Positions 17,315 through 26,364 of a stretch of 64,000 nucleotides of DNA are shown here, in pieces (position 1 is the first letter of the stretch; every line of letters begins with the position of its first letter). Under the pieces are notes generated by a model. That model saw only the letters and a program-made list of their open reading frames with translations, made no database searches and was not told where the DNA came from. The stretch comes from Patescibacteria group bacterium (lineage in GTDB: Bacteria > Patescibacteriota > Patescibacteriia > UBA9934 > GWF2-40-263), in contig JBAZTR010000001.1 of NCBI GenBank assembly GCA_041661745.1, positions 15,740-79,739 on the forward strand, in the 5' to 3' direction. The translations under genes were made by a program, and so were the position numbers.

Positions 17315-18514
17315 GTGAAGAATATGAAACGCCGCAATATCTTATTAGTAATCGGCTCGCTTATTTTGCTTGGCGTCGGTGGTTGGTTTGTTGTTCGTCT
17401 CATTATTTCAAATCACCAATCGGCCGAAGAAAAACAGGCTAAGGACGAACTGCAAGCGCAAATCCAGTCAGTCGTTGATGCGCGGCTTGCGGTGCAACTG
17501 AGTGGGGAAGAGACTGATCCTTTTGGTGAGGATGGAATTCTTAGTGTACTTCTGCTTGGTTTGGATTCTCGTTCTGGCAGCACTGTTGGACACTGTGACG
17601 CTATTCAGTTTGTGGAAATAAACAAAACCAATCAGACAGTAAATATTACTGCTGTCCCGCGCGGCACCTACTCGCCTTTGCCGGGCAGCGGTCATTTGCC
17701 TAGTGATTATTATATTTCGAACGCTTGTGAGATTGGTAGTCTTGATTATGGTATAACGCAAATTGAAAAGATTTTGGGACAAAAAGCTGAATATGTGGCC
17801 ATGGTCGGTTTTTCCGAAGCCCTCGGAGCTTTTCGTTTACTTGGTTTGCCGACGACGGAAACTTTGCAATGGCTTCGTCTACGCCAAGGTTACGCCATCG
17901 GTGAACCGCAGCGGGCCCATAATCATTCAACTTTTTTAAAACAACTTTTGGTAAAATTTACTCCGACCGATCCTTCGCAGTTGGATTCAGTTTGGGAATT
18001 TCTTTTGTATCAGCTGGTGGATACCGATCTTTCGTTTAAACAAACCCAAGATATTGTCGCAGTCCTTTCGGCCATGGATTTTGCCAATTATCCGGATCGC
18101 GTTAGTCTTTCCATGAAGCCAGCTTATGCCGTGGCCGAGATCCCTTATGATTCTGAAAATCTTGAGGCGTATTTATCGGCTATGTTGGATCCTATTTCCG
18201 CTGTTATACCTGAGGGCGCTTACACCGGTCTTTCCGAGCTCGAAGAGCAACAGCAGCTTATGGCTTTAATTAACGCCGGTTTGGAAGACACTGATTTTGT
18301 AAAACGTGCCTTTGAACAAAAATTATGGTTGCAGATTGACGACGCCTCAACGCGCGAGTCTGTTCATCTTGCCTTGCTGTCAAAATATCTTGCGGGGCTG
18401 TCGGACGGCGAGGAAATTAAAAAACTTTTGGCTGATTATATAATCGAGATGGAAGCCGGCGGACAAATTGATTGGGCCGCGGCCGGGCGTGAGTTGTTAG
18501 CGCAAGAAATTTAG
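17315..18514 (+). CDS. LytR-CpsA-Psr (LCP) family protein
   Basis: N-terminal TM, then ILSVLLLGLDSRSGSTVGHCDAIQFVEINKTNQTVNITAVPRGTY, matching the LCP core LLG.DSR...D.I....I......SIPRDTY. Confidence 0.8.
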   Translation: MKNMKRRNILLVIGSLILLGVGGWFVVRLIISNHQSAEEKQAKDELQAQIQSVVDARLAVQLSGEETDPFGEDGILSVLLLGLDSRSGSTVGHCDAIQFVEINKTNQTVNITAVPRGTYSPLPGSGHLPSDYYISNACEIGSLDYGITQIEKILGQKAEYVAMVGFSEALGAFRLLGLPTTETLQWLRLRQGYAIGEPQRAHNHSTFLKQLLVKFTPTDPSQLDSVWEFLLYQLVDTDLSFKQTQDIVAVLSAMDFANYPDRVSLSMKPAYAVAEIPYDSENLEAYLSAMLDPISAVIPEGAYTGLSELEEQQQLMALINAGLEDTDFVKRAFEQKLWLQIDDASTRESVHLALLSKYLAGLSDGEEIKKLLADYIIEMEAGGQIDWAAAGRELLAQEI

Positions 18515-18621
18515 TAATTAAATAAAGAAGAAGACGGCCGGGGGAAGGGCAAGACGACAGGGTCGCTTGTAAAGACAAAACTTGGTGTTTTGCCTTCATT
18601 TAGCGTAATTCAATCGCGGCT

Positions 18622-19008
18622 ATGGACAAAGCGCGCTTTACCGTGTATACTTTAATTATTAAACAATCATTTAAATATTTAACTATGTTGAGTAAAAATG
18701 AGATCCAAAAAAAACGCAAGCTTTTTAGTCAAACCGACAAAAATGTAGTGGTGGCCTTTAAGGCGCTTAGTGATGTTAACCGTTATAGAATCTTTCGTAT
18801 TTTGACCGAACAACCTAAGCTGTCGGTTAGTGATATTGCTCAAATCTTAGAGCTTTCTTTACCTTTGATTTCTCAACATATTAAAATTTTAGAACATGCT
18901 AACCTGTTGCAAAAAGAACGTTATGGGAAAAAGGTTTTTCCAAAACTTGAATACGCCAATCCCTTCGTAAAAATTATCATTAAGACAACCAGAGTAATGG
19001 CAAAATAA
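18622..19008 (+). CDS. ArsR/SmtB family transcriptional regulator (alternative start ATG 18685)
   Basis: FKALSDVNRYRIFRILTEQPKLSVSDIAQILELSLPLISQHIKILEHANLL is a winged-HTH of the ArsR type. A TATACT inside the 5' extension suggests the shorter start. Confidence 0.75.
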   Translation: MDKARFTVYTLIIKQSFKYLTMLSKNEIQKKRKLFSQTDKNVVVAFKALSDVNRYRIFRILTEQPKLSVSDIAQILELSLPLISQHIKILEHANLLQKERYGKKVFPKLEYANPFVKIIIKTTRVMAK

Positions 19009-19019
19009 TTAATAACCAT

Positions 19020-19907
19020 ATGAACAAGGTAATTAATCCGCAAAATTTTTTTCGCCACAGCCTTATTTTAGGCGGAATATTTGTGGCAATGTTTTTTACT
19101 TCGTTTGTTGGTATTAATAATGCTAGGGCAGAAATAACCGGCCAATTAGATTTAGGCGCAAGCGGATTAAATGTTGTGGCCCTCCAGACATATCTTTCTA
19201 CCGATGTTGATATTTATCCCTCCGGCCTTGTCACGGGATATTTTGATTCCCTTACCCAAACAGCAATACAGAAATTCCAAACAGCCCAGGGGATCGTTGA
19301 CCACGGCACGCCCAAGACCACCGGTTATGGCCGAGTTGGACCCAAGACCTTAAAAAGGATCAATACTTTTATTGACGCAACCCCCGTAGACCAGGTCCAG
19401 AATGAGCTGACGCTTCCGATAAAAATCGCCACCGTTTCCATAAATCAAAAACCAACAATTTCCGGTTTGCCGATGCGGCTGGAAATTACAAAAATTGGTG
19501 TTAATACTACTGTTGATTCCGTGGGCCTTTTGCCAGATGGGGCAATGGACATGATAAAAAGTGTAGATAACGTAGCCTGGTTCGCCCCCGGCCCGCGACC
19601 CGGAGAAGAAGGTAACGCCGTCATTGGCGGACATTATAATGGTGGAAAAGATAATACCATATCAGTTTTCGATAATTTAAATAAATTACAAATAGGCGAT
19701 AAATTATACATTAAAGACGATAATAATGTGACCGTTTCCTTCGTGGTACGCGAGATTCGAATCTACGACCAGAACGCGGACGCCACCGATGTCTTTGTTT
19801 CAGAGGATGGGAAAGCCCACCTTAACCTTATTACTTGTGATGGAGTTTGGGACAGTGTTTCAAAAACTTATTCCGGACGACTAGTGGTGTTTACTGATAA
19901 AGAATAA
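19020..19907 (+). CDS. sortase-family transpeptidase fused to an N-terminal peptidoglycan-binding (PG_binding_1-like) domain
   Basis: The N-terminal TM is followed by LNVVALQTYLSTDVDIYPSGLVTGYFDSLTQTAIQKFQTAQGIVDHG, a PGBD-like segment. The sortase core is AVIGGHYNGG ... LNLITCDG, carrying the TLxTC active-site Cys. Confidence 0.8.
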   Translation: MNKVINPQNFFRHSLILGGIFVAMFFTSFVGINNARAEITGQLDLGASGLNVVALQTYLSTDVDIYPSGLVTGYFDSLTQTAIQKFQTAQGIVDHGTPKTTGYGRVGPKTLKRINTFIDATPVDQVQNELTLPIKIATVSINQKPTISGLPMRLEITKIGVNTTVDSVGLLPDGAMDMIKSVDNVAWFAPGPRPGEEGNAVIGGHYNGGKDNTISVFDNLNKLQIGDKLYIKDDNNVTVSFVVREIRIYDQNADATDVFVSEDGKAHLNLITCDGVWDSVSKTYSGRLVVFTDKE

Positions 19908-19952
19908 AACCATCAAATTAATCAAAAAATTAAAATCTAACCCCTTTACTAT

Positions 19953-20105
19953 ATGTTGTGGACCATTGTCGTTATCTTAATCATTTTGTGGCTGCTCGGA
20001 CTCGTGACTTCTTATACCTTGGGTGGTTTCATTCACGTCTTATTTGTTGTAGCCATTATCGTTGTGCTTATTAGATTAATTAAAGGTGAAAAAATAATTC
20101 ATTAA
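19953..20105 (+). CDS. small membrane protein (lmo0937-like family), below ORF-track cutoff
   Basis: MLWTIVVILIILWLLGLVTSYTLGGFIHVLFVVAIIVVLIRLIKGEKIIH, 50 aa with two TM helices. Confidence 0.5.
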   Translation: MLWTIVVILIILWLLGLVTSYTLGGFIHVLFVVAIIVVLIRLIKGEKIIH

Positions 20106-20112
20106 TTAAATT

Positions 20113-20655
20113 ATGAAAAAACTTATCGCTTTAGGCCTTCTGTCGTTGGGAATTGTCTTTTTGGCAGGTTGCGGCCAACAACAAAATAGTCAAACAGCCA
20201 ATCAATCAGCAACGTCGGCGGTTGTCGATACCAACGGTCAAACATATACCGATGCAAAAACCGGTATTTCATTTTTCCAACCAGATGGTTGGATAGTGAG
20301 CACAAACGAAGGCGGTAATTTATATACCTACACTCAAGGACCTTATCAAACTGTTGTTTTCGAAGTCTTCACAGATAAAAATGTCTGGGAACAAAGGCAG
20401 TATAACCCAGTGAATTCGAGCGACAACTCTCTCGTCCCCGATATCCTTGTTGATAGTGGACAAGAGTCAATCGGTGGTTACCAAGCGTTATTTGAAACTT
20501 ATGAGCGAAGGGATACTTTGCACAACACTGTGACCCTAAGTTATACACGTTATTTTGTGGATACTGGTTCCAGCTGGTACGAGATTGAAACCTCGGAATC
20601 AACAGAAGCTGTTCAAGAGATTGTAAAAAGTACGCAGTTTGCTTCTGTTAAATAA
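20113..20655 (+). CDS. hypothetical lipoprotein
   Basis: Lipobox LAGC (MKKLIALGLLSLGIVFLAGCGQQ). Confidence 0.65.
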   Translation: MKKLIALGLLSLGIVFLAGCGQQQNSQTANQSATSAVVDTNGQTYTDAKTGISFFQPDGWIVSTNEGGNLYTYTQGPYQTVVFEVFTDKNVWEQRQYNPVNSSDNSLVPDILVDSGQESIGGYQALFETYERRDTLHNTVTLSYTRYFVDTGSSWYEIETSESTEAVQEIVKSTQFASVK

Positions 20656-20671
20656 ATCTGCTTTTTTAAAA

Positions 20672-20698
20672 CCATCGCTAATTTCAGCGAAGGTTTTT
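20672..20698 (+). terminator. candidate rho-independent terminator
   Basis: ccatcgct-aatttc-agcgaagg is followed by TTTTTAT. Confidence 0.45.
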
Positions 20699-20830
20699 AT
20701 TATCCAAAATATAGTTAGAATCAGGATCACCGTTCTGATACTCTCCGCACACGGATGAAATCTAAAGACTATTACTCACTATTGCATAATAATAATTTTT
20801 GACTTATAAGTGACACAGGAGGTTTGTTTG

Positions 20831-21490
20831 ATGGAGACAATCGAGGTAACATCTCAGGCCGGTTTGCAGGAGTTTTTGAATCAAAATAGAGCTTATGTAA
20901 ACGGAAAAAATGGCCGTGTGACTCATCTTCACGCAACGGTTGCCGAATCCCGTTTCGAGATCGAAAACATCCAAGGTATCTACCTGGCGCGTCCGGAGTT
21001 TGCTTGGATGGCGGTCTGGATGGCTGTGACGGATAGGACAAAACTTCGCAAGCGCCATCTTTGCTATCAAATGCCTAACGGTGCTGACCGCGTTGGAAGG
21101 TTGATGATCGGCGGTCTGAAAGAGCAAACCGAACCGCGTGATCTGTTGTGCAGCCAAGCCTTTTTGTACCTATTCGAACCCGCACTTTTGCCCACGCGCG
21201 TCTTAGACATCGCCCGAGAGTCGGAGCAGGACCGACTTACGAGTCTCGTGGCGCGCGGCTACTCCTGGCAAGAAATCGAACGACATGGTCGGATGCGTCG
21301 AGCCCTCGTGCCGCCAGTCAACGAACCACCAACGATCCTTGAACTCGATGTCTGGCAAGTCGCGGTCGTTCAGATGCCGCAACTCGTACCGTCTATCGAG
21401 GTTGTGCTCTCTGGTGATGTGGTGAAGGACTTGGCCAGTCTTATCACTTTTCAAGACAAGATACCGGGGAACAATTATCTTGAAAAGTAG
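20831..21490 (+). CDS. hypothetical protein in GC-rich patch
   Basis: Strong RBS (acAGGAGGtttgtttgATG) and about 56% GC, in contrast to the flanks. No recognisable motif. Confidence 0.5.
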   Translation: METIEVTSQAGLQEFLNQNRAYVNGKNGRVTHLHATVAESRFEIENIQGIYLARPEFAWMAVWMAVTDRTKLRKRHLCYQMPNGADRVGRLMIGGLKEQTEPRDLLCSQAFLYLFEPALLPTRVLDIARESEQDRLTSLVARGYSWQEIERHGRMRRALVPPVNEPPTILELDVWQVAVVQMPQLVPSIEVVLSGDVVKDLASLITFQDKIPGNNYLEK

Positions 21491-21667
21491 CTCGCTCGTC
21501 TTTCAGTTCTTTCTCAGCCGCCACAGTTATTGGTGGTTTTTTATTTACGCGGTTTTTTGGACCGAGGTGGTTAGTTCAAATGTGTCCGTCCATGCGAGCC
21601 AATAAAATTTCTTTGTCCATTGTCTGCTTTTGCGGTACGGGTTATGATTTAATAGTAAAATTTAGGA

Positions 21668-22156
21668 ATGATTAAAATTAAAGGATTAATAATAGTTATT
21701 ATGTTAAAAATTTCAGAATTCATGGATAAAGACCATGTGTATTTGAATATACTTTTGACGCATTTTTTAGAAGAATGTAAAAAGACTGAAAGTTTATTAA
21801 AAGTACGGAAATTGTTTGAAAAGTTTAAGAGAAATCTTTTGACACACATGGAACTAGAAGACGAGGTTTTGTTTCCACGTTTAAGCGCCTGTCTGGGGTT
21901 TGAGGTCGATTGTCCTTTAACAAGGCGAGCCAGGAATGATCACGCAAAAATTTTGAAGTTAACTGATTTGATTGAAAAGGCACTGGAAAAACAAGATGCG
22001 AAAAAAGTTTTTTCAGTTGGTGATAATTTGAAACATGCAATAGAAGCACACCATGACCGTGAAAAAGAAATCCATTACCCTGTTTCTGATAAATTTATCA
22101 AGAAAGTTGAGTGGTTGATTTTTTTAAGAAATTTTGAGATGAAAAGAAAATATTAA
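21668..22156 (+). CDS. hemerythrin-like (HHE cation-binding) domain protein (start uncertain: 21668/21699/21724)
   Basis: H...E...H pairs appear as THMELEDEVLFP and HAIEAHHDREKEIHYP. Confidence 0.65.
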   Translation: MIKIKGLIIVIMLKISEFMDKDHVYLNILLTHFLEECKKTESLLKVRKLFEKFKRNLLTHMELEDEVLFPRLSACLGFEVDCPLTRRARNDHAKILKLTDLIEKALEKQDAKKVFSVGDNLKHAIEAHHDREKEIHYPVSDKFIKKVEWLIFLRNFEMKRKY

Positions 22157-22255
22157 ATCAGGTTATTTAGAGTGCAGTCCCCGCATAAGATTTATTGATT
22201 ATAAATTAGAGAATTAACTACAATATAAGAACATAACGTTTTAATAATCAATTAT

Positions 22256-22723
22256 ATGATAAAAATAAACACTAAGGCTCCGGAATTTACACTTTTTGAT
22301 CAAGCTGGGGAACAGCATAGTTTAAATGATTACCTTGGAAAATGGGTACTCCTATACTTTTATCCAAAGGACGATACACCTGGGTGCACAAAAGAAGCTT
22401 GTTCTTTTCGTGATAATTTACCCGTTTTTAACGGGTTAAATTTACAAGTTTTAGGTATAAGTACCGATTCCGTGGACAGTCACCGTAGATTCGCCGAAAA
22501 GAATTCTCTGAATTTTACGATTTTATCGGACACATTAAAACAAACGTTAAAAAACTATGATGCCGGAGGCGTTTTTACCAAACGCATATCGTACTTAATC
22601 AATCCCGAAGGTGTAATTAGTAAGATTTATACCAAAGTTAATCCAAGTTTTCATGCAGAGGAAGTAAAAAATGATTTGAGTGTCTTGCAAAATAAAAGTA
22701 GATCCAACAAAATTTCAGTTTAA
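22256..22723 (+). CDS. bcp: thiol peroxidase / peroxiredoxin Bcp (AhpC/TSA family)
   Basis: WVLLYFYPKDDTPGCTKEACSFRD, with the conserved peroxidatic Cys context PxDxTxGCT. Confidence 0.88.
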   Translation: MIKINTKAPEFTLFDQAGEQHSLNDYLGKWVLLYFYPKDDTPGCTKEACSFRDNLPVFNGLNLQVLGISTDSVDSHRRFAEKNSLNFTILSDTLKQTLKNYDAGGVFTKRISYLINPEGVISKIYTKVNPSFHAEEVKNDLSVLQNKSRSNKISV

Positions 22724-22760
22724 ACGACCGGGATTTTGTTGTATCTAAGAAGGTTTATAT

Positions 22761-23261
22761 ATGGTAGGGTTAATTTGTATGAAATATACTTTTACTGCGA
22801 TTCTTCTTTGTCTCTGCGTTCTTGGGGTGGGTTGTGTTTCTGGTTTAAGCCTTACCCCTCAAACAGGAACAACTAATGTTTCTGGGACAAAACTCGATCT
22901 AAGTAATCAGGGGTTTACCGAGGTATCGCAAGATGTTTTTAAACAGACCAGTCTTGTTGAACTCGATCTTTCCGGCAATAATTTAACCGGAGCTATTCCC
23001 GGGGAAATTCGCTTTTTGGCTAATTTGGAAAAACTTGATTTAAGCGATAACGCCATGACCGGTCTGCCGGCCGAAGTCGGTCAGCTTCAAAAACTTAAAA
23101 CGCTTGATTTGTCCAATAATCAATTAACGGGTTTGCCGCTCGAACTTGGTCAATTGTCAGCTTTGGAAACTCTGGATCTGCGCGGCAATTCTTATTCGGC
23201 ACACGATCTTGGTATCATTCGAACAACTCTTTCGCCACAAGTAAATATTTTGGTTGACTAA
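22761..23261 (+). CDS. leucine-rich-repeat lipoprotein/secreted protein
   Basis: Signal/lipobox plus 5 LRR units LxLSxNxLTGLPxExGQLxxLxxLDL. Confidence 0.8.
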   Translation: MVGLICMKYTFTAILLCLCVLGVGCVSGLSLTPQTGTTNVSGTKLDLSNQGFTEVSQDVFKQTSLVELDLSGNNLTGAIPGEIRFLANLEKLDLSDNAMTGLPAEVGQLQKLKTLDLSNNQLTGLPLELGQLSALETLDLRGNSYSAHDLGIIRTTLSPQVNILVD

Positions 23262-23267
23262 AAAAAT

Positions 23268-23456
23268 ATGAAAATTTTAAGAACACGATCCTTCAAGTAT
23301 TGGGAGATCGGTCTCATCAAAATTTGTTTGCTCTCCCTCGGTATTCTCCTCGGCCTGTACTTTTTTGATTATCTGATCGGTTTGTTGTGGTTGTGGTGGT
23401 TGTTGCTAGCTGTGACGACAATTTATTTTATTATCAAACTTATAAGAGAAGGTTAA
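23268..23456 (+). CDS. small membrane protein
   Basis: 62 aa with two hydrophobic helices (LIKICLLSLGILLGLYFF, LLWLWWLLLAVTTIYFII), followed by a terminator. Confidence 0.45.
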   Translation: MKILRTRSFKYWEIGLIKICLLSLGILLGLYFFDYLIGLLWLWWLLLAVTTIYFIIKLIREG

Positions 23457-23468
23457 AAAATAAAAAAA

Positions 23469-23495
23469 CACCCACTGGTTTCTGGGTGATTTTTG
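23469..23495 (+). terminator. rho-independent terminator
   Basis: caccca-ctggtttc-tgggtg is followed by ATTTTT. Confidence 0.55.
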
Positions 23496-23572
23496 GTTTA
23501 AAAAAACCGCGCGTATTTCAGCACGGAAAGGGACCCTTCGACTTAGCTCAGGGTCTTCGAAAGGCGGACGAC

Positions 23573-24091
23573 CTAGATCGTCCGGGGGCGGGGGAGCCAG
23601 CCGGCTTCAACCCCCTCGTTGATCCAACTGATGTGGTGCTCGACTAAAATTATCGAGCTCCTGGTGGCAACGGTAAGCTTGGCCTTGGGGTGGCCGAAAG
23701 GAAGCCAGAACTCAACGTCGGCTACGGCAAAATCCGTTAGAACGTCACGCCGAAGAAGAACACGACGGCGTTCTTCTATGTCCTTAAGCGAGTCGGTGTG
23801 GAGAATCCAGCGGTGAGCCTGTTCAAATGAAATCGTGCCGTAAATTCGGCGAAGTTCACCAACCAGTTCTAGGTAAGGCACACGAGGATCGGTGACAGCC
23901 TGGTTGGCTTGTCTAGCCTTGTTTAGACCCAGGAAGGCCCGACCTAAGTAGGGGTAGGTTCGACCAATAGTTGTGCTATGTGTTAGGAATATGTCCACAA
24001 GGACAAAAGGGGCCAGCTCCACGATCCCTCCAAGAATCGCCGGACTTGATCGAATACGCCAGCAAGGAGAATAGTCTAAAAAAGCTTTCAT
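23573..24091 (-). CDS. hypothetical protein (GC-rich patch)
   Basis: 172-aa ORF, about 58% GC, divergent from the HD-domain gene. No recognisable motif. Confidence 0.45.
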   Translation of the reverse strand: MKAFLDYSPCWRIRSSPAILGGIVELAPFVLVDIFLTHSTTIGRTYPYLGRAFLGLNKARQANQAVTDPRVPYLELVGELRRIYGTISFEQAHRWILHTDSLKDIEERRRVLLRRDVLTDFAVADVEFWLPFGHPKAKLTVATRSSIILVEHHISWINEGVEAGWLPRPRTI

Positions 24092-24173
24092 GTCAACCTA
24101 GACGATTGACATGAGGGTTAATTTGTACTAAAGTGGTGCACTGTCCTTAAACAATTCAAAGAAAGGTAGACCA

Positions 24174-24824
24174 GTGCCCAGCACCACATATTTTGATCCG
24201 TCTGTTTCACTCGAGGCACGCCTGGTCGCTGCCTTCGACGAGTTGGAGGTGGCCGGGGAAGTAAGGGGAGCGGCGGCCGCGCTTCTTGCTCCGCTTCGCA
24301 ACAACGGCCCGATCACGCGCGAGCACTATGAACACAGCATCAGAGTGGCTTTGGTTGCTCGGGCCATCGCACCCCATGCCGGCCTGATCGAAAGGGCCAT
24401 GTTCTACGCCGGTCTGCTGCATGATGTTGGCAAGGCCCGCACGCGGCTTGAGCTTCTCGGCAGGCACGGAAGCTGGTCCGAGGATGACGCCAAGGAAATG
24501 GAAGAGCATGTCGTCGAGAGCTGGCGGATGCTTCAAGGTTCGTTCAACTTTACGTCGAAGGTGGCTCTGCGCCACCACCGTTCGCAAAAGCGGCGTTATC
24601 CGGAGAATCTCCCTCAGGACGATGAAGCCGACCTCTACGCTCGGCATCTCGCCCTGGCCGACAGCTACGACGCCATGCATCGGGTGGACACGAGCACTGG
24701 TGGCCGAGCCCTGACCGGCGAACAGATCAAGGAACGCATGCTCGAGGCTAACCCCGACCTGCGCGATCTGGTCGAAAGGCTCTACCAGGTCGGCGTCTTC
24801 ACAACCACGATCTACGATCCTTAG
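24174..24824 (+). CDS. HD-domain metal-dependent phosphohydrolase
   Basis: HSIRVALVA...LLHDVGK...ALRHH...LADSYDAMH, giving His...HD...H...D spacing of the HD superfamily. Confidence 0.75.
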   Translation: MPSTTYFDPSVSLEARLVAAFDELEVAGEVRGAAAALLAPLRNNGPITREHYEHSIRVALVARAIAPHAGLIERAMFYAGLLHDVGKARTRLELLGRHGSWSEDDAKEMEEHVVESWRMLQGSFNFTSKVALRHHRSQKRRYPENLPQDDEADLYARHLALADSYDAMHRVDTSTGGRALTGEQIKERMLEANPDLRDLVERLYQVGVFTTTIYDP

Positions 24825-24911
24825 TGCTTCACCACCCCTTACGAAAAGGCGGTGGTTTTTTAAAAAAAATAGGGCTCCACATTGTTGGTGTGAAACCCTT
24901 TGAAGTTACGA

Positions 24912-26240
24912 CTAGCAGCAGCCTTTGGACCGTTGTCGTCCCCGAGCCACCCCGGTCTCTAGACGGCGTTGTTCGGCTGCTTTGGGGAGTTCGTTGGCCA
25001 GAACTGCCTCCAGCACGGCCACGGCCTTGTCCACATCATCTTTGTCGTTGTAGATGTGGAAGGACATGCGCATGGCGCCGTCTTCCAGGTTGAGACGGTC
25101 CATGAGCGGGTCGGCACAGAACCGGCCGGCCCGGATGGCGATTCCGGCCTCGCTGAGAGCCGCGACGAAGGATTCGTGATGGATCCCTTTCTTCGGCATG
25201 AACGTGAAGGCTACGAGGGATCCGGAACCTCCATTGTGTACGTTCTGTCCGAGTATGGTTACACCTTTCAATTCTCCGATATGGTGCTGGGCGTACTGGC
25301 CAAGACTTTTGATGTGAGCCTCGACCCGGGCCATTCCGAGTTCTTCCAAGTACCGAACTGCCGCTGCCAAGCCGACGGCCCCGGCCACATTTTGGGTGCC
25401 GGGCTCGAGCAGGTGGGGCATCGGCTTTGTCTCGAAGCTGCGAGTCGTCACCCGGGTGATCATCTCGCCGCCGCCCTTCCATGGTCCCATACGGTCGAAC
25501 ATGTGTGGGGCCACGTAGAGGCCGCCGATGCCGGTTGGTCCGAGCATCTTGTGACCCGAGAAAGCGTAGAAGTCGACATCCAGTTCTTGGACGTTGACCG
25601 GCATGTGCCCCACGACCTGAGCCCCGTCGACGAGCACGGGCACGCCGTGGCGGTGGGCTGCTTCTACGATTTTTGCGATATCGTTTACCATCCCAAGGAC
25701 GTTGGAAATGTGAGGAATAACCAGTAGAACGACATCCTGAAGCCCATCGAGGAAGTCGTCAACTTCCAGGGGGTGATGTAAGAAACAATTTTCACAGAAT
25801 CCCATTACCCTAGTTTCCACGCCCGGATCGTTTTCGAATACTCCTTCTTTGAGGATGTGCCACGGGACGATTCCGGCATGATGATTGTCGTCCGAGAAGA
25901 CGATGGTACCGCACCGATCCTGTTGGTTGATCTCGGGAACAACGAAGGCCCCGGCCACCATGTTGATGGCCTCGGTTGTGCCGGTTGTCCAAACCAAGCA
26001 CTCCGGCTCTTCGGCACCGATGAAGCGGGCAACGGTTGCCCTGGCGCCCTCGATCATCTCAGTAGCGCGACGGGACTCCCGGTAGGAGTTGCCGCGGCCG
26101 GTGTTTGAATTGAACTCCGCCATGAATCTGGTGACAGTATCAATAACAACTTGCGGTTTCTGAGTCGTGGCTGCCGAGTCCAACCAAGTGGTTCCGGGAT
26201 TCGCGGCAAAGAAGGGAAAGCTATCCTTTACGTGGGTCAT
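24912..26240 (-). CDS. cysteine desulfurase, SufS/CsdA-like (class V aminotransferase)
   Basis: WLDSAATTQKP, HHAGIVPW, FSGHKMLGPTGIGGLYV (PLP-Lys) and RAGRFCADP (catalytic Cys loop). About 62% GC. Confidence 0.85.
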   Translation of the reverse strand: MTHVKDSFPFFAANPGTTWLDSAATTQKPQVVIDTVTRFMAEFNSNTGRGNSYRESRRATEMIEGARATVARFIGAEEPECLVWTTGTTEAINMVAGAFVVPEINQQDRCGTIVFSDDNHHAGIVPWHILKEGVFENDPGVETRVMGFCENCFLHHPLEVDDFLDGLQDVVLLVIPHISNVLGMVNDIAKIVEAAHRHGVPVLVDGAQVVGHMPVNVQELDVDFYAFSGHKMLGPTGIGGLYVAPHMFDRMGPWKGGGEMITRVTTRSFETKPMPHLLEPGTQNVAGAVGLAAAVRYLEELGMARVEAHIKSLGQYAQHHIGELKGVTILGQNVHNGGSGSLVAFTFMPKKGIHHESFVAALSEAGIAIRAGRFCADPLMDRLNLEDGAMRMSFHIYNDKDDVDKAVAVLEAVLANELPKAAEQRRLETGVARGRQRSKGCC

Positions 26241-26364
26241 TGTGCCTGTCTCCGCTATTACTGGTTACGTCATTAGCGAAATTTGTGTTAAAGAACAAGG
26301 CACAATAATGTACGCTTTTTTCGATTCCTGTCAATAACCTCTTATAAAAGAAAAACACCCAGTT

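Noticed and set aside
23500-23575. tRNA-like sequence (contains tagctcagggtc)
   Set aside because: There is no acceptor, anticodon or T-arm cloverleaf. It resolves instead into two simple hairpins that act as terminators for the convergent genes.
24207-25727. Several long antisense ORFs (157 aa, 97 aa, 252 aa and 148 aa) in the GC-rich block
   Set aside because: They are antisense to the HD-domain and SufS genes, whose conserved motifs fix the true frames. High GC suppresses stop codons and creates these shadows.
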